64,000 nt of DNA from an uncultured Candidatus Actinomarina sp. (GTDB taxonomy: Bacteria; Actinomycetota; Acidimicrobiia; Actinomarinales; Actinomarinaceae). Location: contig CABZMN010000002.1 of assembly GCA_902526825.1 (NCBI GenBank), positions 90,265 to 154,264 of the forward strand. Reading direction: 5' to 3'. Under the pieces are notes generated by a model. That model worked only from the letters and a program-made list of their open reading frames with translations, was not told the origin of the DNA and made no database searches. Position 1 is the stretch's first letter; every line of letters starts with the position of its first letter. This document shows positions 19,645-29,496 of the stretch, piece after piece. The position numbers were made by a program, and so were the translations under genes.

Positions 19645-20101
19645 AAATCTACTATCAATTATTGCTTTTGTTTTCTTGTTGTTCATTGAGTTATTAATTA
19701 ATACAATTTTGAATTTTGAATATTTTTTAATAATGCCATTTTTCATTGGGATGTTTGTAATTTCTACTCGAAGATTTTCTAATTTTTATATATCTGTATT
19801 TTTGATTGCTGGTATTTATTATGACGCATTATATTCTTCAAATATTCTAGGATTTTCGAGTGCTAAATTTTTAATATCAATTATTTTGATGAACTTTATA
19901 GTTGCAAATCAACAAAATAATACATATCTGGACTTTGCTACATTTACAGTAGGAATATTTATTTATAAATTCACATATTCATTTGAATATTTAAACCCTG
20001 AGTTTTTATATCAAATATTGATTTCATCTCTGGTCAATTACTTTTTATTTAGAATTTTGAACATTACCATAGGTAAAAATGTTCTTAAACAAAAGATATA
20101 A
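19631..20101 (+). CDS. mreD: rod shape-determining protein MreD
   Basis: 156-aa polytopic membrane protein between mreC and pbp2. Called mainly on synteny. Confidence 0.65.
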   Translation: MIYLRNLLSIIAFVFLLFIELLINTILNFEYFLIMPFFIGMFVISTRRFSNFYISVFLIAGIYYDALYSSNILGFSSAKFLISIILMNFIVANQQNNTYLDFATFTVGIFIYKFTYSFEYLNPEFLYQILISSLVNYFLFRILNITIGKNVLKQKI

Positions 20102-21917
20102 CCTCTTAGCACTATTTCTAATTGGTTTCTTTATATACATAGTTTCTTTCCTTTTTGATTTACAAGTTTTATCAAGGGATACGGCATTAAGTGCCATAGA
20201 CAACCAAACTACTGATACATTTTATATAACACCACCAAGAGGAGATATTTTTGATGACCAAAATGAAAGATTAGCAACTTCGTCTATGGAACCTCATCTT
20301 TTTCTAAATTTAATGAAAATTGATGAAAATAATATTGAGATTTATGAACAGTTCATTCAATATAATTTTCCTGATTTAGATCAAGATGACTTTAACAAAC
20401 TATTTATAAAAAGGAATAACATTGAAATTGTTGGAAATATATCTACTTTTTCTGCACTTGAGAGACAGAAGCTTCTCGAACTAGATGCATTTGTAATCTT
20501 TGATTTTCCAATCAGGAAATATAACTATGATAATTTAACATCTCATGTTATCGGATATGTTGGAAAGCCTACCTCAGATGATTTTGAAGAATTTCCACAT
20601 ACCAAAAATACATTACAAGTAGGTAAAAACGGTCTTGAGAAATATTATGAAAGTACATTAACGGGTATTCCAGGTGAAATTATTTTTAAGGGAAGTGAAA
20701 TATTGGAGTTCATACCTCCACAAAAAGGTAATGATATATCCATATCACTAAATATTGAAACCCAAAAGATTGTAAAAGAATCTCTTTTACAAGGAATTGA
20801 TCTCGCAAATGAAAATGAAGATACAAAGGATGAAGTAATTAGAAGTGCCTCAATTGTTATTGATGTAAATACAGGTGCAATAGTATCTATGGTTTCTTTA
20901 CCAGATTTTGATCCAAATCAATTCATTGATGGAATTTCAAATCAAGATTTTGAACAACTTAATCGAATACAAGCATTTAATAATTTTGCGATTCAGGGCC
21001 TCTATCCACCAGGCTCTGTATTTAAAGTTGTTTCTTATTGGCTTGCTGAAAATGAAGGACTTTTTCCAGAGGGCTTAAATTCAAGAAGAGGAAGAGTTGA
21101 CTGCCAAGGAAGCTTATCATTTGGATTTGATGATGGCTCTCAACAAGTGTATAGAGACTGGAAAGAAGAAGGTCATGGAAGAGTGAATTTAAGTTCAGCT
21201 ATGCAACAATCATGCAATGTATATTTTTGGGATATAGCGCTAAATATCTGGAGAATCTATGAAGGTACTCAAAATGAATCAATCTTACAAAATTATGCAA
21301 AAGACTTAGGTTTCGGTGAACTCACAAATATAGATCTTCCATTTGAAAGAAATGGAATAATACCTGATAGAGAAGTTTTTGAAGAATGGACAGTTTCACG
21401 TCCTGATTTAGTTAGACCAGAGGGATGGCTAGGTGGTGACCTCATGAACTTAATTATTGGCCAGGGTGCAATAACTGTGACACCTATCCAAGTAGCAAAT
21501 GCATATAAAACATTACTTACCTCAACTTCATCTAGTCCGTATTTCAATCTTGAAGCATCTGACAATTTTAAGTTAAGAAAATACAACGTATCTGAAGAAT
21601 TTATTAATTTCTTAAAAAATGATTTGAATTTGGTAACCAACAAAAACGGAACAGCGTATGCTGCATTTGAAGTAATGGGTAGAAAAGCAAATGATGTTGG
21701 TGGAAAAACAGGTACGGCTCAAAACCCAGGAGAAAAAAATAATACTTCATGGTTTGTTGGTATTGACTCTGTAAGTAATCCACAGCATGTTGTTGTTACA
21801 GTAGTTGAAGAAGGTGGTTCTGGAAGTGCAATCTCAGCACCAATTAGTAGAAGAATAATTCAGCATCTAATTGGCAGTGATCTAACTCCTGTAAGATATG
21901 GAGAGATTACTGAATGA
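20079..21917 (+). CDS. mrdA: penicillin-binding protein 2 (elongasome transpeptidase)
   Basis: SxxK (GSVFK), SxN (SCN), KTGTA motifs. N-terminal TM segment. Confidence 0.88.
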   Translation: MFLNKRYNLLALFLIGFFIYIVSFLFDLQVLSRDTALSAIDNQTTDTFYITPPRGDIFDDQNERLATSSMEPHLFLNLMKIDENNIEIYEQFIQYNFPDLDQDDFNKLFIKRNNIEIVGNISTFSALERQKLLELDAFVIFDFPIRKYNYDNLTSHVIGYVGKPTSDDFEEFPHTKNTLQVGKNGLEKYYESTLTGIPGEIIFKGSEILEFIPPQKGNDISISLNIETQKIVKESLLQGIDLANENEDTKDEVIRSASIVIDVNTGAIVSMVSLPDFDPNQFIDGISNQDFEQLNRIQAFNNFAIQGLYPPGSVFKVVSYWLAENEGLFPEGLNSRRGRVDCQGSLSFGFDDGSQQVYRDWKEEGHGRVNLSSAMQQSCNVYFWDIALNIWRIYEGTQNESILQNYAKDLGFGELTNIDLPFERNGIIPDREVFEEWTVSRPDLVRPEGWLGGDLMNLIIGQGAITVTPIQVANAYKTLLTSTSSSPYFNLEASDNFKLRKYNVSEEFINFLKNDLNLVTNKNGTAYAAFEVMGRKANDVGGKTGTAQNPGEKNNTSWFVGIDSVSNPQHVVVTVVEEGGSGSAISAPISRRIIQHLIGSDLTPVRYGEITE

Positions 21918-23014
21918 ATACGAGAAAAATAACTCTTTTAGGACCCCAGGGAACAAATATATTTATTTTATTGATTTTTCTTTTTTTTATTTTCATATCA
22001 TGGTTTACTCTTTATACACTTACAGATTTTGAAGGCCTTGAATTTGATGTAGATAATATTTTGACTCGACAAGTAGTTTTTTCAATAGCTTCAATTATTG
22101 TATTTTTCCTCCTTACATATTTATCGATAGATAATCTACAAAATTATGCCAATATTTTATTTTTTATAGTTGTTGGTTTGTTAGGTTCTTTATTTTTCAC
22201 ACAACCTAGATTAGGAGTACGTAGATGGTTCGATCTTGGACCAATTGATATACAACCATCTGAATTTGCAAAAGTAATCATTGTTGTTTTTGTTGCTAAC
22301 TACCTTTCACGAAATTTAAATAAAGGGATATTGATAGCTTTAATATTTGGAACAGTATTACTTATAAACTTTCAACCAGATCTAGGAACTGCGTTAATTA
22401 TTTCTTTTGTCTTTTTATCAATGTTGCTTCTATCCAACATAAAGTTACGATATATGTCACTCCTTTTTTTAATAGGAATATCCCTTTTTTTTATATTTTT
22501 AGAAATAGGATCAAGAGTTGAAAATATAAACATCGTCACTCAGTACCAAATAAGTCGGTTGAATGAGTTTTTCTCAGCCGATCTTGATTTTTCTCAATCT
22601 CAAAGTCGTTTATTAATTTCTAGTGGTGGACTATTTGGACAATATTTTGCTGCCGAAAATATTGAAAAGATATTTGTTCCAGTTGAGACAACAGATTTTA
22701 TCTTTGCAGCATATGCGTACAATTTTGGTTTTTTTGGGATTCTTTTCTTACTTTCTCTCTGGGGTTTATTGTTCAGTAGGCTTAGAAGAATCCTGACCGT
22801 CTCAGATTCGGATTTTGATAAGTTTGTAATTGCTGGTTTTATTGCATTACTATCTTTTCAAATAATTATTAATATATCAACTGTTGTTGGCTTAATACCT
22901 GTTACGGGCTTACCGTTTCCTTTGTTAAGCTTAGGAGGATCATCAATGGTCTCTATAGCTGTAATTTTTGGGATTACGAACAGAATATTTATAGAAAATA
23001 ACATCACAATTTAA
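21914..23014 (+). CDS. rodA: SEDS peptidoglycan glycosyltransferase RodA
   Basis: FtsW/RodA/SpoVE-type polytopic protein (PSEFAK, TDFIFA, PLLSLGGSS). ATGA overlap with pbp2. Confidence 0.88.
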   Translation: MNTRKITLLGPQGTNIFILLIFLFFIFISWFTLYTLTDFEGLEFDVDNILTRQVVFSIASIIVFFLLTYLSIDNLQNYANILFFIVVGLLGSLFFTQPRLGVRRWFDLGPIDIQPSEFAKVIIVVFVANYLSRNLNKGILIALIFGTVLLINFQPDLGTALIISFVFLSMLLLSNIKLRYMSLLFLIGISLFFIFLEIGSRVENINIVTQYQISRLNEFFSADLDFSQSQSRLLISSGGLFGQYFAAENIEKIFVPVETTDFIFAAYAYNFGFFGILFLLSLWGLLFSRLRRILTVSDSDFDKFVIAGFIALLSFQIIINISTVVGLIPVTGLPFPLLSLGGSSMVSIAVIFGITNRIFIENNITI

Positions 23015-23086
23015 TATTTAAAGCGTATTATTCTTTGACTATGAAGTTTTTTAGTATATTTTCACATCATAATTATGGAGGTTTTA

Positions 23087-24556
23087 ATGTTTGGTATTTT
23101 CAAAAAATCAAAGGTAATACGAAAGAGCGAAGATAAGTTTAGTAATACCGAGACTAAATGGTATAACGGACAAAAAGTAAAAATTAAATCTGGTACTTCA
23201 AAGTCCAGAAATAAAAGAGAAGACTACAGAAAATCTAACCGTCAAACTTGGTTTAAGGAGACTCCTTTACCAGTTCCTTTTGTTGATAAAAAACAAATGC
23301 TTATAAGTTTCAAAGGTGGCTCTTCTAAGATTGCTATTTTGGAAGGTGCAACATTAGTTGAATATTATACAGCAGAGGCTAAATCAAAATCCCTTGTGGG
23401 AAATATTTATCTCGGTAAGGTTAAAAATATACTTCCCGGGATGGAAGCTGCATTTGTATCTATAGGTGAAGAAAAAAATGGTGTTTTATATGTTGCAGAT
23501 GTATCTAATGCAAAGCGTAATTCGAAAATAGAGAACCTTTTAAAGCAAGAACAGGAAATTTTAGTTCAAGTTGTAAAAGATGCGATGGGTGAAAAAGGTG
23601 CAAGACTGACGGGACAAATTTCATTTCCCGGAAGGTACTTAGTGTTAATTCCTAATTCAAACACAAAAGGTATATCAAGAAGATTACCGGATGAGGAACG
23701 CAATAGATTAGATAAAATAATTAGAAAAATTAAGCCAGAAGGATTTGGAGTAATTGTTAGGACTGCTGCAGAGGGAGTAAGTGAAGACTCACTTAAGAAC
23801 GATATAGATAAATTAATCATTGAATGGGAAAAGACTTCTTCAAAAGATTCTGGAAGTTCTCCAGTTTTAATCCATGAAGAACCAGATATATCTATAAAAG
23901 TTATAAGGGAACACTTGAGCTCAAACTTTAAAAAATTATTGATTGAAAATAATGAAAAATTTGAAGACATAAAAAGCTATATTTCAGATACTTCACCTGA
24001 ACTAAATGAAATAGTTGAGAAATACTCTGATGATCTTGATCTTTTTGAAAGATATCATATCGAAGATCAAATAAAGAAAGCCTTAGATAGGAAAGTATGG
24101 CTTCCTTCTGGTGGTCATTTAATTATTGATAGAACAGAGGCACTAACAGTTATTGATGTAAATACAGGAAAGTTTGTAGGTAAAGACAGTCTCGAGCAAA
24201 CTGTTTTTGAAAATAACCTTGAAGCAGCTGAAGAGATTGCAAGACAGTTAAGACTCAGAGACATTGGTGGAATAATTGTCATTGATTTTATTGACATGGA
24301 AACACACAAGAGACAACAAGAACTGCTCAGTAAGTTCAAACAGGAATTAGCCAAGGATAAAACTAGAACACAAGTATTTGATATATCAAGGTTAGGTTTA
24401 GTTGAAATGACTAGAAAAAATGTTTCAGCAGGACTTATTGAAAGCTTTTCTGATGAATGTGAAGAATGTAATGGTAGAGGGCTAATCATTGGTGACATAT
24501 TTTCCAATAATTCAGTTGATACTGATTTACTTGAATCTGAAGCCGTAGTAGAGTAA
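23087..24556 (+). CDS. rne: ribonuclease E/G family endoribonuclease
   Basis: S1 domain GNIYLGKVKNILPGMEAAFVSIG, and VIDFIDM in the catalytic core. ATG 23087 sits 6 nt after a GGAGG that lies inside the ORF-track start at 23075. Confidence 0.85.
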   Translation: MFGIFKKSKVIRKSEDKFSNTETKWYNGQKVKIKSGTSKSRNKREDYRKSNRQTWFKETPLPVPFVDKKQMLISFKGGSSKIAILEGATLVEYYTAEAKSKSLVGNIYLGKVKNILPGMEAAFVSIGEEKNGVLYVADVSNAKRNSKIENLLKQEQEILVQVVKDAMGEKGARLTGQISFPGRYLVLIPNSNTKGISRRLPDEERNRLDKIIRKIKPEGFGVIVRTAAEGVSEDSLKNDIDKLIIEWEKTSSKDSGSSPVLIHEEPDISIKVIREHLSSNFKKLLIENNEKFEDIKSYISDTSPELNEIVEKYSDDLDLFERYHIEDQIKKALDRKVWLPSGGHLIIDRTEALTVIDVNTGKFVGKDSLEQTVFENNLEAAEEIARQLRLRDIGGIIVIDFIDMETHKRQQELLSKFKQELAKDKTRTQVFDISRLGLVEMTRKNVSAGLIESFSDECEECNGRGLIIGDIFSNNSVDTDLLESEAVVE

Positions 24557-24563
24557 TTGAGTT

Positions 24564-24890
24564 ATGAGTAAATATGCAGTTGTAAAAATAGGATCTTCTC
24601 AAGAGAAGGTAAGCGTTGGTGATGTTTTAACTGTGCCAGCTAACTTTAAAATAGAATCAAAAACACCAATACTAATGAGTGCTAGAAAAGGCTCATTGAT
24701 AACAGATGAAAAAAAACTTTCAAAGTATTCTGTTAATTTTGAACTTTTGGATGAAAAAAAGTCTAAGAAACTAAATATCTTTACCTATAAAAACAAATCT
24801 GGAATAAGAAGAAAATTAGGATATCGTGAAGATATAAAAATTGTAAAAGTAAAATCAATTTCAACCGGTAAAGGTGAGGAAGAAGAATAA
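24564..24890 (+). CDS. rplU: 50S ribosomal protein L21
   Basis: MSKYAVVKIGSSQEKV N-terminus. rplU-rpmA-obg synteny. Confidence 0.9.
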   Translation: MSKYAVVKIGSSQEKVSVGDVLTVPANFKIESKTPILMSARKGSLITDEKKLSKYSVNFELLDEKKSKKLNIFTYKNKSGIRRKLGYREDIKIVKVKSISTGKGEEEE

Positions 24891-25139
24891 ATGTCAAAAA
24901 CAAAAGCAGGTGGTTCAACTAGGAACGGAAGAGATTCAGAGTCTAAACGACTTGGTACAAAAGTTTTTGATGGCCAAAAAATCTCTGCAGGTTCTATCGT
25001 TGTCAGGCAAAGAGGAACAAAAATCCATCCAGGAAACAATGTGCAAAAAGGTGGAGATGATACTCTTTATGCCAAAGTAAATGGAACCGTAAAATATTCA
25101 ACCCGAAACGGAAGAAAACTAGTAAATATAATCCCGTAA
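24891..25139 (+). CDS. rpmA: 50S ribosomal protein L27
   Basis: [18 protein letters not shown] signature. Confidence 0.95.
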   Translation: MSKTKAGGSTRNGRDSESKRLGTKVFDGQKISAGSIVVRQRGTKIHPGNNVQKGGDDTLYAKVNGTVKYSTRNGRKLVNIIP

Positions 25140-25143
25140 TGTC

Positions 25144-26337
25144 ATGTTTGTTGACACAATTCAAATTAATCTGTTATCAGGTAGTGGCGGTTCAGGCTCT
25201 GTAAGTTTTAGTTCTAAAAGTAGTAAAACCTCTCCAAATGGTGCAAATGGCGGTGACGGTGGATCAATTATTTTTGTTTCTGATTCTGGTGTATTTGATT
25301 ACTCAAACTTGAAGTCAAAAGGATCATTTAAAGCAGAAAACGGGGGAGATGCATCAAAAAATTTACAAAATGGTCCAAACGGAAAAGATATGTACTTAAA
25401 AATACCTATTGGGACATCTATTATTTCGGATGGAGAATTATTAGCTGAAATAATTGATGAAAATGTTGAATACAAGATATGTCAAGGTGGATTGGGCGGT
25501 AGAGGCAATAAAGATTTAATATCAAAAAGAAATCCAAACCCAGAAATTTGTGAATCCGGTGAAAAAAGAAGAAAAATTACTTTAGATCTCGAGTTAAGTC
25601 TTTTAACTGATGTAGCTTTAATTGGACTACCAAATGCTGGTAAGAGTTCATTAATCCAGACAATAACAAATTCAAATTCCAAAATTGACAGCTATCCATT
25701 CACAACAGTTAGTCCAAGTCTTGGAGTATATGAGAATAATAAAGAAATAGTTACAATTTGTGACCTTCCTGGTCTAATTGAGGGGGCAGCTGAGGGAACA
25801 GGTTTAGGCAAATCAGTACTTAGACATCTAAAAAATACAAAATTCATTATTTTTCTTCTAGATCCAGATAATTCCGAATACAACATTGAAGAACAAATAA
25901 AGCTATTAGAAAATGAAATTGAGACATTTAATCCAGAATTCAGAAATATTAAAAATTTAAAAATAGTTAATAAATCAGATTTAGATAAGACTGAAAAAAA
26001 CTATTTAAACATTTCTACTGTTACTGAAGAAGGAATAAGCGAATTACTTCAACAATTAAATGAAATATCATTTATAGAACTTAATAGGGTGAATAAAAGC
26101 TATGAGAAGATTTTTGTCGAAGCCGATGAATTCAACATTGAAGCAGATGAAGATGTTTGGAAAATTAGAGGAAGAAAAGCAGAAAAAATTACTAATCTTA
26201 AGGGAAATTCTCATGAAATATTAAATGAGATTTCATACCGATTTGAAAAGTCTTCCATATCTCACGAATTAATAAATCAAGGAATTAAGAAAGGGGATGT
26301 AGTAGATTTAAACGGACACGAATTTTCTTATGAGTAA
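25144..26337 (+). CDS. obg: GTPase Obg/CgtA
   Basis: MFVD... glycine-rich Obg fold and GLPNAGKSS G1 motif. Confidence 0.9.
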   Translation: MFVDTIQINLLSGSGGSGSVSFSSKSSKTSPNGANGGDGGSIIFVSDSGVFDYSNLKSKGSFKAENGGDASKNLQNGPNGKDMYLKIPIGTSIISDGELLAEIIDENVEYKICQGGLGGRGNKDLISKRNPNPEICESGEKRRKITLDLELSLLTDVALIGLPNAGKSSLIQTITNSNSKIDSYPFTTVSPSLGVYENNKEIVTICDLPGLIEGAAEGTGLGKSVLRHLKNTKFIIFLLDPDNSEYNIEEQIKLLENEIETFNPEFRNIKNLKIVNKSDLDKTEKNYLNISTVTEEGISELLQQLNEISFIELNRVNKSYEKIFVEADEFNIEADEDVWKIRGRKAEKITNLKGNSHEILNEISYRFEKSSISHELINQGIKKGDVVDLNGHEFSYE

Positions 26338-27388
26338 TAAAACTATAGTTATAAAAATTGGCACAAACACCTTGTTTGAAGAAGACGTTCTTCGAGATGA
26401 TGTTATTGATTCACTAGCTGTTTCAATAAATGAATTGAGAAAAGACGATATCAATTTTGTTATTGTCACATCAGGTGCAGTACAGTCTGGCGCAAATGAG
26501 TTAAATATATCAGAACGACCAAAAAACCTCAAGGAGTTACAGGTAGCATCTGCAGTTGGTCAAGTCAGTCTTATTAACAAATACAAGGAAATATTTAATT
26601 CTCATCAATTAAATATTGCTCAGGTTCTCATCTCAAAAAATGTACTGGAAGACAGAAACCAGTTCATTAACACTACAGAGGCTTTGAATGGTCTCATATC
26701 AAAGAATATTATTCCAGTGATTAATGAAAATGATGTAGTTGCAACGGAAGAGTTAAAATTTGGAGATAACGATAGGCTTTCAGCAATTGTCTCAATTTTA
26801 CTTAAAGCTGACAAATTGGTAGTAATTACAGATAAAGAAGGCTTATTTGATTCTGATCCTGAAAAGATTGAGGAAGCAAAAAAAATAGAAAATATTGAAT
26901 ACAATTCAGAGGAATTAAATGATCTTATTCCTAAATCCTCATCTGGAAAAGGTATGGGCGGTTTTTCAACAAAAATTATGGCAGCACAGATGGCGGGTTT
27001 TTCAGGAATCGAAACACAGATTATTTCATGGTCTCCGAATTGTATAAATGAGGTTGTAAAAGATTCAAAAATTGGCACAATCATTAAGCCATCAAAGAAA
27101 AATATAAAATTGAGAAAACTTTGGATTGCATTTGGTATGACAATTGATGGCGAGATTGTAATAGATGATGGTGCTATTGAAGCTCTTAAAGCTGATGCAT
27201 CACTTCTCTCAAAAGGCGTAATAAATGTAAATAAAAGTTTTGATGAAAACTCTGGTGTTGAAGTGAAAAGTTCAGAAAATGAATTAATTGCGAGGGGAGT
27301 GGTAAATTTTTCAAGTAAAGAAATTCAAGACTTAAAAGAGACTGAAAACACTGTAGTAATTCACAAAGATAATCTATTAATTCTTTAA
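26330..27388 (+). CDS. proB: glutamate 5-kinase (with PUA domain)
   Basis: IVIKIGTNTL, VTSGAV, FGDNDRLSA motifs. Confidence 0.9.
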   Translation: MSNKTIVIKIGTNTLFEEDVLRDDVIDSLAVSINELRKDDINFVIVTSGAVQSGANELNISERPKNLKELQVASAVGQVSLINKYKEIFNSHQLNIAQVLISKNVLEDRNQFINTTEALNGLISKNIIPVINENDVVATEELKFGDNDRLSAIVSILLKADKLVVITDKEGLFDSDPEKIEEAKKIENIEYNSEELNDLIPKSSSGKGMGGFSTKIMAAQMAGFSGIETQIISWSPNCINEVVKDSKIGTIIKPSKKNIKLRKLWIAFGMTIDGEIVIDDGAIEALKADASLLSKGVINVNKSFDENSGVEVKSSENELIARGVVNFSSKEIQDLKETENTVVIHKDNLLIL

Positions 27389-27427
27389 AAAATTTTACTT
27401 TCCAATAAATCAAATTATTCTTGTAAT

Positions 27428-28669
27428 GTGCTTAAAGAAATAGGTAAAAAAGCTCTTCTGGCAGCTGAAGAGCTAAAAACAATCGATACAGATACTAAAA
27501 ATAAAGTATTAAATGACATGGCGTCAAAACTAATCAATGATGCTGACGAAATTATTGACGCAAATAAGATTGATTTAGAAAATGCTAAACAATTAGAGTT
27601 AACTGCTGCTTTAACCGATAGATTAACTTTAAATAAAGAAAGAATTCAAGGTATGTCAGATGGATTAAAAAAGATAATACCTCTTGAAGATCCAGTTGGT
27701 AAGGTAACAGAATCTTGGACATCCGATGATGGATTGAATATAAATAAAGTACGTTCACCTTTTGGAGTAATAGGGATTATCTATGAAGCAAGACCAAATG
27801 TAACAAGTGATGTCTCAGGTCTATGTTTAAAATCAGGAAATGCATCTATACTTCGTGGCTCAAGTTATTGTTTAGATTCAAATCTAAAAATATTAAATAC
27901 GTTACAAAAAGCTTTAGAAAAAAATAATTTGTCCAAGAATTGCATACAGCTTATAGAGAGCAAAGACAGAGAGGATACAATAGAATTTATGAATATGACT
28001 GAGTACATTGATTTGATTGTCCCACGAGGCAGTAGAGGATTAATTGATACATTGGTAAATAACTCAAAAGTTCCATTTATTTTAGATGGTGATGGAAACG
28101 TACATCTTTATATACATGAAGATGCAAAAGAAGAGTACATGATTCCTATAGTTATCAATTCAAAGGTCCAAAGACCAGGAGTTTGTAATGCTTTAGAAAC
28201 TTTAATATTGCATAAGGATGTTTATAACAAAAATGGAGAAGAGATTATAAATGCCCTTGTAGAAAACTCGGTTGAAGTTTTTATTGATGAAAAAGCCAGT
28301 AATGATTTTCCAGATTTAGAAATTGCTAATGATGAGCATTATTCTACTGAATTTTTGGATCTCAAAATAGCAATAAAAATAGTTGAAAATGAAGATGAGG
28401 CAATAAAGCATGTCAATAAATTTTCTTCGGGCCATACAGAGGGGGTACTTACCGAATCTGAACAAATAGCCGAAAAATTCTCAAGCTCAATTGATTCTTC
28501 TGTGATATTTATAAATGCCTCAACAAGATTTACAGATGGAGAAATGTTTGGTTTTGGAGCTGAGATAGGAATAAGTACTCAAAAATTACATGTAAGAGGA
28601 CCTATGGGCTTAGAAGCATTGACGACAGAAAGATACGTAATTAATGGAAAAGGAACTGTCAGAGGATGA
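27428..28669 (+). CDS. proA: gamma-glutamyl phosphate reductase
   Basis: 413 aa. GVIGIIYEARPNVT and RPGVCNALETLILH (catalytic Cys). GTG start. Confidence 0.9.
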   Translation: MLKEIGKKALLAAEELKTIDTDTKNKVLNDMASKLINDADEIIDANKIDLENAKQLELTAALTDRLTLNKERIQGMSDGLKKIIPLEDPVGKVTESWTSDDGLNINKVRSPFGVIGIIYEARPNVTSDVSGLCLKSGNASILRGSSYCLDSNLKILNTLQKALEKNNLSKNCIQLIESKDREDTIEFMNMTEYIDLIVPRGSRGLIDTLVNNSKVPFILDGDGNVHLYIHEDAKEEYMIPIVINSKVQRPGVCNALETLILHKDVYNKNGEEIINALVENSVEVFIDEKASNDFPDLEIANDEHYSTEFLDLKIAIKIVENEDEAIKHVNKFSSGHTEGVLTESEQIAEKFSSSIDSSVIFINASTRFTDGEMFGFGAEIGISTQKLHVRGPMGLEALTTERYVINGKGTVRG

Positions 28670-29496
28670 ATAAAGAGGTAAGTATTAAAGATCTGGAAAG
28701 TGTAAGTTACTTTTCTAATGAAGATCTTGCAGATGTCGTTAACGCAGCAATATTTCTTAAGAAGCCATTATTGATTGAAGGTCCTGCTGGAACTGGTAAA
28801 ACATTTTTGGCGAAAGCAATTTCATCACTTTTTAATCTCGAGTTGATAAGACTTCAGTGTCATGAAGGAATTGACGAAGATAAGGCAGTTTATGAATGGA
28901 ATTATAAAAAGCAACTTTTAAGTATTCAACAAGATAAAAACGCAGAGAATCTTTTTGATGAAAAATATCTAATCAAGCGACCTATTCTCAATGCTTTAAC
29001 TGCTGATAAAGATAGTCTATTTCTTATTGATGAAATAGATAGATCAGATGAAGAATTCGAAGCATTGTTACTTGAAATTCTTGCAGAAAATCAAGTCACT
29101 ATACCTGAGTTTGGAACAATTAACGGAAATGATAATAGAATTACCATCCTGACTTCAAATGGAACAAGAGAGCTTTCAGACGCCCTGAAGAGAAGATGTA
29201 TTTATTTCTATCTTGATTTCCCTTCAATTGATATTGAATCTAAAGTTTTAATGAACAGTATTGAAGAAATATCAGAGGCTCAGGCAAAAAGCTATGCTTC
29301 TTTTATATCTTTTGTAAGAAAACTCAACTTAAACAAAATCCCATCATTAATCGAGTCTGTCGAGTGGGTAAAATATAACTTTTTAAATAAAAATAAGTCC
29401 ACAGCAGATAACTTAGGTGTGCTTTTAAAGGATAAGTCTGATCAAGAGAAGTACAAAGAACAAATTGAAAATGCAAATGAGCTCATTCAAGAATGA
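28666..29496 (+). CDS. MoxR-like AAA+ ATPase (CoxD-like)
   Basis: Walker A GPAGTGKT, Walker B LFLIDEIDR. 276 aa. ATGA overlap with the proA stop. Confidence 0.8.
   Translation: MNKEVSIKDLESVSYFSNEDLADVVNAAIFLKKPLLIEGPAGTGKTFLAKAISSLFNLELIRLQCHEGIDEDKAVYEWNYKKQLLSIQQDKNAENLFDEKYLIKRPILNALTADKDSLFLIDEIDRSDEEFEALLLEILAENQVTIPEFGTINGNDNRITILTSNGTRELSDALKRRCIYFYLDFPSIDIESKVLMNSIEEISEAQAKSYASFISFVRKLNLNKIPSLIESVEWVKYNFLNKNKSTADNLGVLLKDKSDQEKYKEQIENANELIQE

Noticed and set aside
23035-23062. TTGACT-16 nt-TATTTT upstream of rne as a promoter; similar weak hexamer pairs upstream of mreB and in the tRNA divergent spacer
   Set aside because: Hexamer matches are expected by chance in DNA this AT-rich, and there is no independent support. 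They were not reported as features.
26620-27084. Long antisense ORFs inside strongly supported genes: 26620-27084 in proB, 13174-13596 in clpX, 23566-23970 and 24115-24507 in rne, 41968-42378 in lepA, 21293-21643 in pbp2, 8416-8754 in acs, 52037-52393 in the ligase-like gene
   Set aside because: Their translations are low-complexity (Ser/Phe/Ile/Leu-rich) with no recognisable motifs. They lie in the codon-complement frame of highly conserved genes, which is the usual by-product of sense-strand codon usage.
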